This document shows, one piece after another, positions 10,100 through 19,409 of a stretch of DNA of 53,634 bases. Made by a program: the position numbers and the translations under genes. This stretch comes from Candidatus Mucispirillum faecigallinarum (GTDB lineage: Bacteria > Chrysiogenota > Deferribacteres > Deferribacterales > Mucispirillaceae). The stretch spans positions 1-53,634 of the forward strand of contig DXAQ01000122.1 of NCBI GenBank assembly GCA_019116905.1, written 5' to 3'. The notes under the pieces were generated by a model. The model had not been told where the DNA came from, did no database searches, and worked only from the letters and a program-made list of their open reading frames with translations. Within the stretch, counting starts at the first letter, position 1, and every line of letters begins with the position of its first letter.

Positions 10100-10621
10100 A
10101 TGAGCATTGTTGAAGAAAATTTAAAAAAAGGCATAACTAAAGGAAATAATACATTTATTGCTGAAAGTGCCAGTGTAGTTGGTAATGTTACTCTTGGGGA
10201 TAATGTAGGTATATGGTATAATGTTACAATACGCGGCGATATAAACAGCATTACTATTGGAGATAATTCAAATGTGCAGGATGGCTCTGTTGTGCATATT
10301 GGCTATAAAGAGCCTGTTGTAGTTGGCAAAAATGTTACTATTGGCCATAATGTAATACTTCACGGCTGCACAGTGCAGGATAACTGCCTTATTGGAATGG
10401 GTGCAATTTTACTAAATGGCTCAGTTGTAGAAGAAAATGCAATAGTTGCAGCAGGAAGTGTTGTGCCACAGGGAAAAGTTGTAAAATCTGGCACGCTTTT
10501 TATGGGCACACCAGCAAAATATGTCCGCGATTTAACAGAAGATGACTTTAAACATATTAAAAATAATGCAGAAGAATATGTAAATTTAATAAATACTTAT
10601 AATAAACTTGGAATAAAATAA
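10100..10621 (+). CDS. Gamma carbonic anhydrase family (YrdA/PaaY-like) left-handed beta-helix protein
   Basis: IRGD, NVQDGSVVH and TIGHNVILHGC motifs, hexapeptide repeats; AAGGAG RBS. Confidence 0.92.
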   Translation: MSIVEENLKKGITKGNNTFIAESASVVGNVTLGDNVGIWYNVTIRGDINSITIGDNSNVQDGSVVHIGYKEPVVVGKNVTIGHNVILHGCTVQDNCLIGMGAILLNGSVVEENAIVAAGSVVPQGKVVKSGTLFMGTPAKYVRDLTEDDFKHIKNNAEEYVNLINTYNKLGIK

Positions 10622-10644
10622 TTTTGGGGAGTATCTACTCCGCA

Positions 10645-10897
10645 CAGATTGGCGAAAAAATACATTTTTTCGCCAGTATGAGCCAGCCTAATAATGCTCT
10701 CCAGCCACTTTTTCTTATTCCTCATTCAGAGTCGGGAAAAAAGTGTCCTCGTAAAAAACACTCGCCGCATTTTATTAGGCTATAAGGGTAACTAAACTTG
10801 GATACACGCTCCAAGTTTAGCTAAATAGATTAATTTTAATATAGATAATATTTATTATTATAAATTTAAAATAATCAATAACTTTTTTGACAGTCTG
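10645..10897. mobile_element. Non-autonomous MITE-like element (253 bp) with IS1182-like ends
   Basis: Imperfect 17-bp terminal inverted repeats cagattggcgaaaaaat / acttttttgacagtctg (13/17 match). Flanked by an 18-bp direct repeat gggagtatctactcc(g/c)ca at 10627-10644 and 10898-10915. No transposase; several internal hairpins. Confidence 0.7.
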
Positions 10898-10915
10898 GGG
10901 AGTATCTACTCCCCA
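10896..10915. terminator. Palindrome tggggagta-tc-tactcccca, probable bidirectional terminator between convergent genes
   Basis: Perfect 9-bp arms; a copy with one mismatch sits at 10625-10644, just after the gamma-CA stop codon. Confidence 0.5.
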
Positions 10916-11826
10916 TTTAAATGTTTATATATATTATCTATCTGCTTAATCTGGCTTTTGTGTATATAACCTACTATAAAATTTTCTTTATCTTCTTTAT
11001 ATGGAAAGTAAACTACCTGAACCCATTTATCGTTAATGCTTTTTTTATCAGCTATATTGCTTCTTGCCTACTCTAAATCTACTATTACTATATTATCCAT
11101 ATTTGATTTATATATTTTAGATAATATTTTACCATTTGGCATCTCTCTTATATTCACATAATCATCTTCTGTATTTAATGTGTAATAAATCATTGATGTT
11201 TCAACATATATATAAGAAGAAAGACCTGATTTTTCTTCCGATGCTTTACCTAATACTTTAACAGCTTTTGGAAAAATTTCTCGTTCATCTCCAAAATTAC
11301 AAGCAGATATATTCTGCCCCAAACATTTATAAACATTTCTATGTTCATAGAGTTCATAAAATTCATCTTTAATATTTTCAAGAGTTAATTCCACATTAAA
11401 AGATACACTGCCTGCAAGCATAGTTTCTTTAAACCATTTAGGAAGCATTTTTTCAATATCTTTAAAAGATTTTTTAACTAATGCTCCATTATATTCCTGA
11501 CCAATTAAAAAACTAAAATCTTCATTATCTGGTGTAAATATTGAATACCTTACATCAGGACTGCATGCACTTGCATTATAATCTATTATATATTTTAAAG
11601 TTCCTTTTAAAGTTAATGGCTTTAAAAGTTTATAATAAGCAAACCGTTCTGATTCATTATATGTACAAGTATCTAAAATAATTTCAAAATATTTATTAAA
11701 ATTATCAATACATAAGCTGCTGCCGTTACAAGAATTATTCATATCATTTAATAATTCATCACATGAATAATTTTCAGCAAATGCAAGTAGTGGTAATGCT
11801 GTAAAAATAAATATAAGTTTTTTCAT
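10906..11826 (-). pseudogene. Secreted Cys-rich protein with C-terminal SH3-like domain, interrupted by an in-frame TAG at 11068-11070
   Basis: Signal peptide MKKLIFIFTALPLLAFA. DYVNIREMPNGKILSKI lies before the TAG; the frame continues 53 aa after it (…KWVQVVYFP…IVGYIHKSQI…) to a TAG at 10906-10908. Confidence 0.75.
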
Positions 11827-11852
11827 AAACTCCCTCTAATTTATAAATAAAC

Positions 11853-12215
11853 TTAATCTTTTGAATATTCTGCAGCAGAAGTATCTGTCTCCCATACGAT
11901 TACTTTATCTACTTTTTCCCCATAAGTAACAGCAAGTTTATCAAAAATATATTTTGCCATATTTTCACTTGTTGGGTTTACTGTTTTAAAGTATTCAAGT
12001 TCATTTATATATACATGGTCTAATTCATCCATTATTACATTTAAATGTTTTTTAAACTCTTTAAAATCTTCTACCATACCTAATTTATCAAGTGTTTCTG
12101 ATTTTAAGTATGCCTCTACTTTCCAGTTATGGCCGTGCAGTCTTTCGCATGCTCCCTGATATTCTCTTAAATTGTGTGCTGATGAAAAATGACTTTTTAT
12201 TCTAACTCTATACAT
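11853..12215 (-). CDS. queD: 6-carboxy-5,6,7,8-tetrahydropterin synthase
   Basis: FSSAH, CERLHGHNW, LDH, NPTSEN and VWET motifs. Confidence 0.94.
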   Translation of the reverse strand: MYRVRIKSHFSSAHNLREYQGACERLHGHNWKVEAYLKSETLDKLGMVEDFKEFKKHLNVIMDELDHVYINELEYFKTVNPTSENMAKYIFDKLAVTYGEKVDKVIVWETDTSAAEYSKD

Positions 12216-12227
12216 TTTTAACCTCTT

Positions 12228-12956
12228 TTATTTTGTATTATAATTTAAGCCTGTAGCTTTATAAAGTTTTATTATTTCATCGCGGGATAATATTTCATAT
12301 TCTCCCGGTTTTAAGTTTCCTATTTTTATTGGCCCTATCCTTACCCTTTCAAGCCTTTTAACTTTACTTCCAAAATAGCCAAACATATTTCTTATCTGGC
12401 GTTTTTTGCCTTCTTTTATAATTACTTTATAATTATATTTTCCTGCAAACTTTATACTGCATGGCTGATATTTTCCTTTTGGTGTATCAAGCCCTGATGA
12501 AAATTCTTCCATTTCTACAGTTGATAATAATCTGTCAACAGTAACAAGGTATTCTTTTTCCATTTTATATTCAGGTTTCTGCATTCTTTGAATTAGTTCC
12601 CCGTCATTAGAAAATATTAAAAGCCCTTCGCTTTCATAGTCAAGCCTGCCTGAATATGGAAATTTCCTGCCTGCAAATATTGGGAATTTTTCTAATGTTT
12701 CTTTTCCTCTGCCTTCCCCATAAGCAGTTAATACACGCCTAGGTTTATAAAATTTAAATACATCTGGTTTGCTTTCATATATTGGCTCATTATTAATAAA
12801 AACTACATCTTCTGTTTCATCAATCTTTATGCCCTGCTCTTTAACACGCCTGCCGTTTACAGATACTTTGCCTTCTTCAATTAATTTATCTGCCTCTCGT
12901 CTTGAATATCCAGTCATAGAGGCAATATATTTATTTAACCTTGTTAATTCTTTCAT
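12228..12956 (-). CDS. rluB: rRNA pseudouridine synthase, RluB/RsuA family (track start 12980; ATG at 12956 overlaps the scpB TGA)
   Basis: S4 domain RLNKYIA..SRREAD, GRLDYESEGLL, EGKKRQIRNM; adjacent to scpAB. Confidence 0.85.
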   Translation of the reverse strand: MKELTRLNKYIASMTGYSRREADKLIEEGKVSVNGRRVKEQGIKIDETEDVVFINNEPIYESKPDVFKFYKPRRVLTAYGEGRGKETLEKFPIFAGRKFPYSGRLDYESEGLLIFSNDGELIQRMQKPEYKMEKEYLVTVDRLLSTVEMEEFSSGLDTPKGKYQPCSIKFAGKYNYKVIIKEGKKRQIRNMFGYFGSKVKRLERVRIGPIKIGNLKPGEYEILSRDEIIKLYKATGLNYNTK

Positions 12957-13822
12957 TGGTTTTGTTTTAACTCCTGCCATTCTCTAAATGTTGGCAGTTC
13001 TGATAAATCATTTAATCCAAAATATTCAAGAAAATATTTTGTTGTAGCATATAATAATGGTTTTCCTGGCACCTGTTTTCTGCCAACTACTTTAATTAAG
13101 TTTTTATCAAGAAGATATTTCATTGTGCCTGATGAATTTACTTCCCGCATTTCTTCTACTTCCGCTTTTGTAACAGGCTGGCGGTATGCTATAATTGCAG
13201 CCGTTTCAAGAGCCGCACGTGATAAAGATTCTGTTTTTTCACCAAAATATTTCTCTAAAAATACAGTAACATCAGAATCTGCCACAATCTGATAGCCACC
13301 TGAAACCATACGAATACGCACACCTATTCTTAACTTATTAAATTCTTCTGCATAAGTAATAAGCCTGTTTTCTAAATTTAATGGGTTAAGCATTTTTCTA
13401 AATGTTGCAATTTCTACAGGTTTACCTGATAAATAAAGGGCTGCATAAAATACGCGTTTTTCCCTGTTTTCTGATAATTCTTCATAATCATCATCAGATA
13501 AAGCTGATGAATGTTCTTCCTCTTTTTTTTCAAAAAACCCTTCATCAAACTGCTTAGATAGTTCATCTTCATCAAGATTTTCATATTCTAAATTTACTGC
13601 ATCTGCATTATAAGGCGATGTAAAATCTGGAAGAATATCTTTGACAGGACTTTCTTTTTCAAGTTTATTTTGAGTAATAATTTCTTCTTCGCTGATTACA
13701 TTGTCCATATAGCTTGTAAATGCATCACTAAGCTCTTGAATATCACTGTCAGGAGAATAATCTTGATTATTATCTACTTTTTCATTTTTATTATTACTAT
13801 TATTATTGGACTTTTGAGTCAT
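12953..13822 (-). CDS. scpB: SMC-Scp complex subunit ScpB with a long acidic N-terminal extension
   Basis: LSRAALETAAIIAYRQPVT, GRKQVPGKPLLYATT and FLEYFGL..LSELP motifs. Confidence 0.92.
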   Translation of the reverse strand: MTQKSNNNSNNKNEKVDNNQDYSPDSDIQELSDAFTSYMDNVISEEEIITQNKLEKESPVKDILPDFTSPYNADAVNLEYENLDEDELSKQFDEGFFEKKEEEHSSALSDDDYEELSENREKRVFYAALYLSGKPVEIATFRKMLNPLNLENRLITYAEEFNKLRIGVRIRMVSGGYQIVADSDVTVFLEKYFGEKTESLSRAALETAAIIAYRQPVTKAEVEEMREVNSSGTMKYLLDKNLIKVVGRKQVPGKPLLYATTKYFLEYFGLNDLSELPTFREWQELKQNQ

Positions 13823-14537
13823 TTTCTTCTACACCTTTAATTAGTGTTAATAGTATTTCTTTAAAATTACCTTCTTGAAAAGCTGTAATTTTTTTACCTT
13901 TCATTAATTCTAATACTGAGCCAAAGGAAACACATTTTTCTATTTTCTCTTTGCAGGTTTCTTCTATTTCGCTCCAAAGAGTTTTTTCTCGTGATAATAT
14001 AAACTCTTTAACACGTTTTGCCACCTGCTCCGTTGCTATTTTAGAATTTTTTACAACCATTTTCTTTTCTTTTTTACCTGTTGAAATATTAAAAAATGAT
14101 GATGCAAGTTTATAGGCATCTTCTGTAAAAAGTTCTTCTCTTAAAATAACTATAGAATTAGTGCGTGCTAAAAATTTACCAGAATTTATTTCAAAAGTTT
14201 TTAATTTTTGAGCCATATCTTTATAAAATGAATACTCAATTAATAACTGATTAAAGCGGAACTTTGCTTCTTCCGGGTCTATATCATCTTCGCTGCTGCT
14301 GTCTCTTGGCAGTAACATTCTTGATTTTAAATATACTAAGTATGAAGCCATATTAATAAATTCAGCTGCCACTTCTATATCCATTTCTTTCATTTTCCTA
14401 ATCTCATCAATAAATTGGCTTGTTATATCAGAAATGGATACATTAAAAATATTCATCTCGTTTTTATAAACAAGATGTATTAATAAATCAAGCGGCCCTT
14501 CATAATCATGTATTTTAATATCAAGCAGTTCGTTCAT
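13803..14537 (-). CDS. scpA: Segregation/condensation protein ScpA (kleisin)
   Basis: YEGPLDLLIHL, AEFINMAS.LVYLKSRMLLP and F..VLEL motifs. Confidence 0.92.
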   Translation of the reverse strand: MNELLDIKIHDYEGPLDLLIHLVYKNEMNIFNVSISDITSQFIDEIRKMKEMDIEVAAEFINMASYLVYLKSRMLLPRDSSSEDDIDPEEAKFRFNQLLIEYSFYKDMAQKLKTFEINSGKFLARTNSIVILREELFTEDAYKLASSFFNISTGKKEKKMVVKNSKIATEQVAKRVKEFILSREKTLWSEIEETCKEKIEKCVSFGSVLELMKGKKITAFQEGNFKEILLTLIKGVEENDSKVQ

Positions 14538-15514
14538 ATTTTTATAGCATTTCTAACTTTTACCATTAATTCTGCTGCCACATCGTTTGCTTTTTTCTGT
14601 GATGGCGCAAGAAATTCATCAATATTTTCAATTTCCTTATCAAGAGCTTTCTTCTTTTCTCTAATAGGGCAGATAAAGTTTTCAATATTATTAATTAATA
14701 TTTTTTTACATTCTATGCAGCCTATTCCAGCTTTTGTGCAGCCCTCTACTATTTTTGCCCTTTCATCATCTGTTGAAAATACTTTGTGATAATCAAATAC
14801 AGTGCATACATTAGGGTCCCCCGCATCTGTTTTTCTCTGCCTTTTAGTATCTGTTATCATAGTTTTTATTTTTTTATCAAGAGCATCAGCTTCTTCTGTT
14901 AAAAGTATTGTATTATTTAAACTTTTACTCATTTTTCTGCCGTCAAGACCTGGAAGTTTTGGCACATTTGTAAGCATAGCTTCAGGTTCAATAAATATTT
15001 CACCATAAAAATTATTAAACCTGCGGACAATTTCCCTTGAAAGTTCCACATGTGGCACCTGGTCTACACCAACAGGCACCAGGTTTGCAAGATACATAAT
15101 AATATCGGCAGTCATTAATACTGGATAGCCTAAAAACCCATAGTTAGATAAATCTTTATGAGATAAAGCACTTATCATATCTTTATAACTTGGGCATCTT
15201 TCAAGCCATGGCACAGGAGTAACCATACCTAAAAGCAGATAAAGTTCTGCAGTATAAAGATTATGAGACTGTATAAATATTGGCGCTTTTTCCACATCAA
15301 GCCCGCAGGCAAGCCATGAAAGCACCATTTGACGCCTCATTTCTTTTATATTTTCTGGATTATCATAATTTGTAGTTAAAGCATGCCAGTCAGCAACTGC
15401 AAAAAAACAGTCATACTCATCCTGCATATTAACCCAGTTTTTAATTGCTCCAAAATAATGACCAATATGAAGCTGGCCTGTTGGCCTCATTGCACTATAA
15501 ACTCTTTTTTTCAT
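14534..15514 (-). CDS. trpS: Tryptophan--tRNA ligase
   Basis: RPTGQLHIGH, YPVLMTADI, VPVGVDQ and KMSKS motifs. Confidence 0.96.
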   Translation of the reverse strand: MKKRVYSAMRPTGQLHIGHYFGAIKNWVNMQDEYDCFFAVADWHALTTNYDNPENIKEMRRQMVLSWLACGLDVEKAPIFIQSHNLYTAELYLLLGMVTPVPWLERCPSYKDMISALSHKDLSNYGFLGYPVLMTADIIMYLANLVPVGVDQVPHVELSREIVRRFNNFYGEIFIEPEAMLTNVPKLPGLDGRKMSKSLNNTILLTEEADALDKKIKTMITDTKRQRKTDAGDPNVCTVFDYHKVFSTDDERAKIVEGCTKAGIGCIECKKILINNIENFICPIREKKKALDKEIENIDEFLAPSQKKANDVAAELMVKVRNAIKI

Positions 15515-15515
15515 G

Positions 15516-16187
15516 TTACATATACCTTATCATATCTAATTTTAAAATTGCATCAAATATAATTAATATAAAATTTCTTATAGGAGATATAATATATTGT
15601 AATACATTTGTAAATATTAAAACTAAAATTATTAAAAAATAATATTTTTCTGTTTCTTCATATTTAATTGCTTTATCACGTGGTAGAAAATTCCATATTA
15701 TCCTTGCCCCGTCCATAGGCATAATAGGAAGAAGATTGAAAATAAATAAAGCAATATTTATAGCAACAGAATATAATGTCATTATATATAAAGGTTCAAA
15801 AACAGCAGCTGGCATATTAAAATTAGCTGCAGCAAGAACTAATATTTTTAATATGAAAGCAGATAAAAAAGCTGTTACAAGATTTGCCAAAGGACCTGCT
15901 GCAGAAACTATTGCAACACCATATTTATGGCGCAGATTATTATAATTTACAGGCACAGGTTTTGCCCAGCCTATTATTCTTGTAAGAAGTAAAACTATAA
16001 GCCCTAACGGGTCAATATGAGCAATTGGGTTTAATGTAAGCCTGCCCGCTCTTTTTGCAGTATCATCACCAAGCCTGTATGCAGCATAACCATGCATAAC
16101 TTCATGTATTGTAACAGCAAACATAAAAGGAACTATTGATAATGCTGCCCTGATTATAAATTCATTAAAATTAAAATTTTCAAACAT
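15516..16187 (-). CDS. Site-2 protease family (M50) membrane metalloprotease
   Basis: HEVMH, GRLTLNP, GWAKPVP, AGPLAN and FNLLPIMPMDG motifs. Confidence 0.92.
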   Translation of the reverse strand: MFENFNFNEFIIRAALSIVPFMFAVTIHEVMHGYAAYRLGDDTAKRAGRLTLNPIAHIDPLGLIVLLLTRIIGWAKPVPVNYNNLRHKYGVAIVSAAGPLANLVTAFLSAFILKILVLAAANFNMPAAVFEPLYIMTLYSVAINIALFIFNLLPIMPMDGARIIWNFLPRDKAIKYEETEKYYFLIILVLIFTNVLQYIISPIRNFILIIFDAILKLDMIRYM

Positions 16188-16194
16188 TTAAACC

Positions 16195-16872
16195 TCAAAA
16201 AAATTTCTTTTTAAAAATATCTATAAGCTCCATATCCTCTGCGTAAGTAACCTTAATGTTTTCATAATTTGATAAAACAGTTGATACAGTTATACCTGCA
16301 TACTCACAGGCAGAAGCTTCATCTGTTACTAAAATATTATCATTTAATGATTTATGCAGTGCGTTATAGATAATATCTTTTTTAAATACCTGAGGAGTGT
16401 GAGCTAAAAAAAGATTATCTCGTGGAATAGTTGATACAATTTCGTTATTTTCTATTTTTTTGACAGTATCTCTAACAGGCATACCGCATATTGCAGCACC
16501 TGTTTTATAAGCCTGATTTATAGTTTCCTGCACTGCCTTATTACTTACAAAGGGGCGGACGCTGTCATGCACAGCAGCATAATCACTGTTTGATTTTTCC
16601 AGGCAGTTAAATACTGTATTTGCCCTCTCTTTGCCACCCTGCACATAAATATATGGTATATTTATATTTAAATCCTGCATAACATTTTCTATAAACTTAA
16701 TATCATCTTTATTTAAACCAATAATAAGTTCATCAAAATTATAAGCTGTAATAAGCCTTTTTATTGTCCAGTATATAAGCGGTTTATCATCTATTTCTGT
16801 AAACTGCTTTTTTATGTGTGCAGAAAAACGTTTTCCAACACCAGCAGCTGGTATAATTAATGAAATACTCAC
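16195..16872 (-). CDS. ispD: 2-C-methyl-D-erythritol 4-phosphate cytidylyltransferase
   Basis: IIPAAGVGKRF, GGKER, VHDSVRPF, TPQVF, TDEAS and NIKVT motifs. Confidence 0.94.
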   Translation of the reverse strand: MSISLIIPAAGVGKRFSAHIKKQFTEIDDKPLIYWTIKRLITAYNFDELIIGLNKDDIKFIENVMQDLNINIPYIYVQGGKERANTVFNCLEKSNSDYAAVHDSVRPFVSNKAVQETINQAYKTGAAICGMPVRDTVKKIENNEIVSTIPRDNLFLAHTPQVFKKDIIYNALHKSLNDNILVTDEASACEYAGITVSTVLSNYENIKVTYAEDMELIDIFKKKFF

Positions 16873-17846
16873 GCTTTAACCTTAGTAAATATTATTCTGC
16901 CTGATTCTGTCTGCAATAAGGAGGTAGCCTCCACTTTTAATGTTTCGCCTAACCGCTTTTTACCATTTTCTACAACAACCATTGTGCCGTCATCAAGATA
17001 TCCTACTCCTTGAGAAGGGTCTTTTCCTTCTTTTGCAATAGTGATAACTAAATCTTCACCAGGTAAAATTGTCTGCCTTAATGCAATAGCTAAGTTATTT
17101 AAATTTAATACTTTTATGTTTTGTATTTCTGCTACTTTCATTAAATTAAAATCAGTAGTAATAATAGCAGCATTGATTTTCATACTTAAAGCTAAAAGTT
17201 TTTCATCTACTGTGCCTATTTCATCAAATGATGTATTATCTATTTCTACTTTAACATTAGTCTGTTCCTGTAAACGTTTTAATACATTTAAACCACGTCT
17301 TCCCTTCTGCCTTCTTAAATGGTCATGAGAATCTGCAATATTTTGAAGTTCTTTTAAAACAAAGCCAGGTATTACAAGGCTGCCTTCTATAAAGCCGCAG
17401 TCTACAATATTTGCAATTCTTCCGTCTATTAAAGTGGAAGTATCAAGCACTTTTGGCTGACTGCCAAGCTTTATTTTTGTTGATGTATGCTTTAATGTAA
17501 CATTTGTAATTAGTGATTCAAAAAACTTATGGTTTTTATTACCTATAATTATACCAGCATATAAAAACAGAAAAAGCACAATCAGATTAATTTCTTTCTG
17601 CTGAAAAACTGACTGAAATGACTGGATAAGTAAAAACCCAAGCACTAAAAATGCTATACCTATAAGCAATGATGAAATAATACGGTAACTTTTTATACCG
17701 CCAAGCAGTAAATCTAAAAGGAGAATACATAATACAGCTACACCAGAATAAAGCAAAGCCATATATAGATTTATATCCATACTCTGCCTGAAAATAATAA
17801 AGACTACAAAAATTGCTATTGAATAAGCTATTCTAAATAATATCAT
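16869..17846 (-). CDS. Membrane-anchored PIN/TRAM domain protein (YacL family)
   Basis: N-terminal TM helices, LDTSTLIDGRI, RRQKGRRGL and QGVGYLDDGTMVVVE motifs; upstream of ispD. Confidence 0.92.
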   Translation of the reverse strand: MILFRIAYSIAIFVVFIIFRQSMDINLYMALLYSGVAVLCILLLDLLLGGIKSYRIISSLLIGIAFLVLGFLLIQSFQSVFQQKEINLIVLFLFLYAGIIIGNKNHKFFESLITNVTLKHTSTKIKLGSQPKVLDTSTLIDGRIANIVDCGFIEGSLVIPGFVLKELQNIADSHDHLRRQKGRRGLNVLKRLQEQTNVKVEIDNTSFDEIGTVDEKLLALSMKINAAIITTDFNLMKVAEIQNIKVLNLNNLAIALRQTILPGEDLVITIAKEGKDPSQGVGYLDDGTMVVVENGKKRLGETLKVEATSLLQTESGRIIFTKVKA

Positions 17847-17858
17847 ATAAAAACCTCA

Positions 17859-18662
17859 TTATAATATAAAAGGAGAAACAAGCCCCTGTAATATCATACC
17901 ACCAAAATAAAAAGCAATCATTGCAATAAATGCTGAAAAATCTATTATACCAATAGGTGGTATTAATTTTCTTAATGGTTCTAATACAGGTTCAGTAATT
18001 ATATATACAAGCTGCACTACCATATTTCTAGGGTCTGGACTAACCCATGAAATAATAGCACGAAAGGCTATTATTAAACTCATATAATAAAGAAGACCAA
18101 ATACCTTATATGCACCAGTTGCTAATGCTGAAATAAATACTGCTGCCGTATTTCCTATTACCTGATATATAATTAAATTAAAAACAGTATTAATAACTGC
18201 AGTTAAGCATGTAGTAATTAAAAATAAAATTATAATTGCTGGAATAATTATTTTGCCGCTGTTAATAGGAATAAAAAGCCTTGTCATCTTAACCCATGGT
18301 AAACCAAGCCTAAAAAATAATGCAATAAAACCGCCGCCTATCGGCCTGTTACCAAAGCTGCCAAAAATCATAGAAACTATGTAAAAAAGCATAAAGAAAT
18401 ATATGTAATTTATTAATGATGACATTAATTTACTTAGAAATTCTAAATTGTTAGATGAAATAGAATTTAATAAAGATGTAACAACTACTAATAATATAAT
18501 TAATACAGGTATGAAATTATTTGAATTATTTGGAAGAACAGGATTGGTTAGTTTTGCTAAAATTCTACCTAATGGATTAAATGTCAGTTCCTGTTTTGTA
18601 GAAACAAACCGAAATAAAAGTATTACTATATATATTTTTGCCAAGTAAATAATAAATGCCAT
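17859..18662 (-). CDS. YggT family membrane protein, extended form
   Basis: C-terminal RAIISWVSPDPRN..ITEPVLEPLRKLIPPIG.IDFS; N-terminal FNPLGR..KLTNPVL repeat; next to yggS. Confidence 0.85.
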   Translation of the reverse strand: MAFIIYLAKIYIVILLFRFVSTKQELTFNPLGRILAKLTNPVLPNNSNNFIPVLIILLVVVTSLLNSISSNNLEFLSKLMSSLINYIYFFMLFYIVSMIFGSFGNRPIGGGFIALFFRLGLPWVKMTRLFIPINSGKIIIPAIIILFLITTCLTAVINTVFNLIIYQVIGNTAAVFISALATGAYKVFGLLYYMSLIIAFRAIISWVSPDPRNMVVQLVYIITEPVLEPLRKLIPPIGIIDFSAFIAMIAFYFGGMILQGLVSPFIL

Positions 18663-18737
18663 TTAATTCTCCAAAATAAATTTATTGCCTATTATAATGA
18701 ACTAAAAATAAAAAAATTTCAATATATTTAAGTTATT

Positions 18738-19409
18738 TTATATTCTTTCACCAAAAATACTTGTACCAACTCTTACAAGCGTTGCGCCACATAACACTGC
18801 TTCTTTAAAATCATGGCTCATACCCATAGAAAGTGTATTAAACTCATTATCTTTATATTTATTAAATAATGATGCTGCCTGCTTAAAATAGCCTAAATTT
18901 TTTGTAACATCTTCTTCATAAGGCGGCATAAACATTAACCCTTTTAATGTAATATTTCTATATTTTTTTGCCTCATTTATAATATTATCAAGCAGCACAG
19001 GGTCTATACCATTTTTTTGTGTTTCATGAGCTATATTTATTTGTATTAAGATATTTTGTTTTTTATTAAGTTCACAGGCATATTTATCTATAATTTCTAA
19101 AACTTCTATTCTATCTACAGAATGAATCAAATGAAAATGCTCTACAATTTTTTTTAACTTATTTGTTTGAACTTTTCCTATAAAATGAAACTCTAAATTA
19201 TTGTATTTATTAGATAAATATTCAATTTTTGGAAGTGCCTCCTGCACTTTGCTTTCTCCAAACATTTTAACACCGTAAAAAGCAAGTTCGTCCATTTTTT
19301 CTACACATTGTGTTTTTGACACAGCAAGTAAATCTACATGATGATTTGCTTTTAATGACACTTCTTTTACTTCATTTAAAATTTTATTATAATTATCTAT
19401 TACACTCAT
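18738..19409 (-). CDS. yggS: PLP homeostasis protein YggS/PROSC
   Basis: LLAVSKT, FGESKVQE, HFIG.VQTNK, LSMGMSHDF and GATLVRVGTSIFG motifs. Confidence 0.93.
   Translation of the reverse strand: MSVIDNYNKILNEVKEVSLKANHHVDLLAVSKTQCVEKMDELAFYGVKMFGESKVQEALPKIEYLSNKYNNLEFHFIGKVQTNKLKKIVEHFHLIHSVDRIEVLEIIDKYACELNKKQNILIQINIAHETQKNGIDPVLLDNIINEAKKYRNITLKGLMFMPPYEEDVTKNLGYFKQAASLFNKYKDNEFNTLSMGMSHDFKEAVLCGATLVRVGTSIFGERI

Noticed and set aside
10625..10915. Direct repeat pair as a CRISPR array, or the structured interior as a tRNA
   Set aside because: Only two copies about 270 bp apart and no cas genes; no cloverleaf or TΨC motif.
11068..11070. TAG as pyrrolysine or genome-wide recoding
   Set aside because: TAG is a normal stop for other genes here (e.g. 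ccoS, lptD); no pyl genes in the window; a nonsense mutation is simpler.
16195..17846. PIN/TRAM gene as a toxin-antitoxin system
   Set aside because: Membrane-bound YacL family in its usual position upstream of ispD; no antitoxin.
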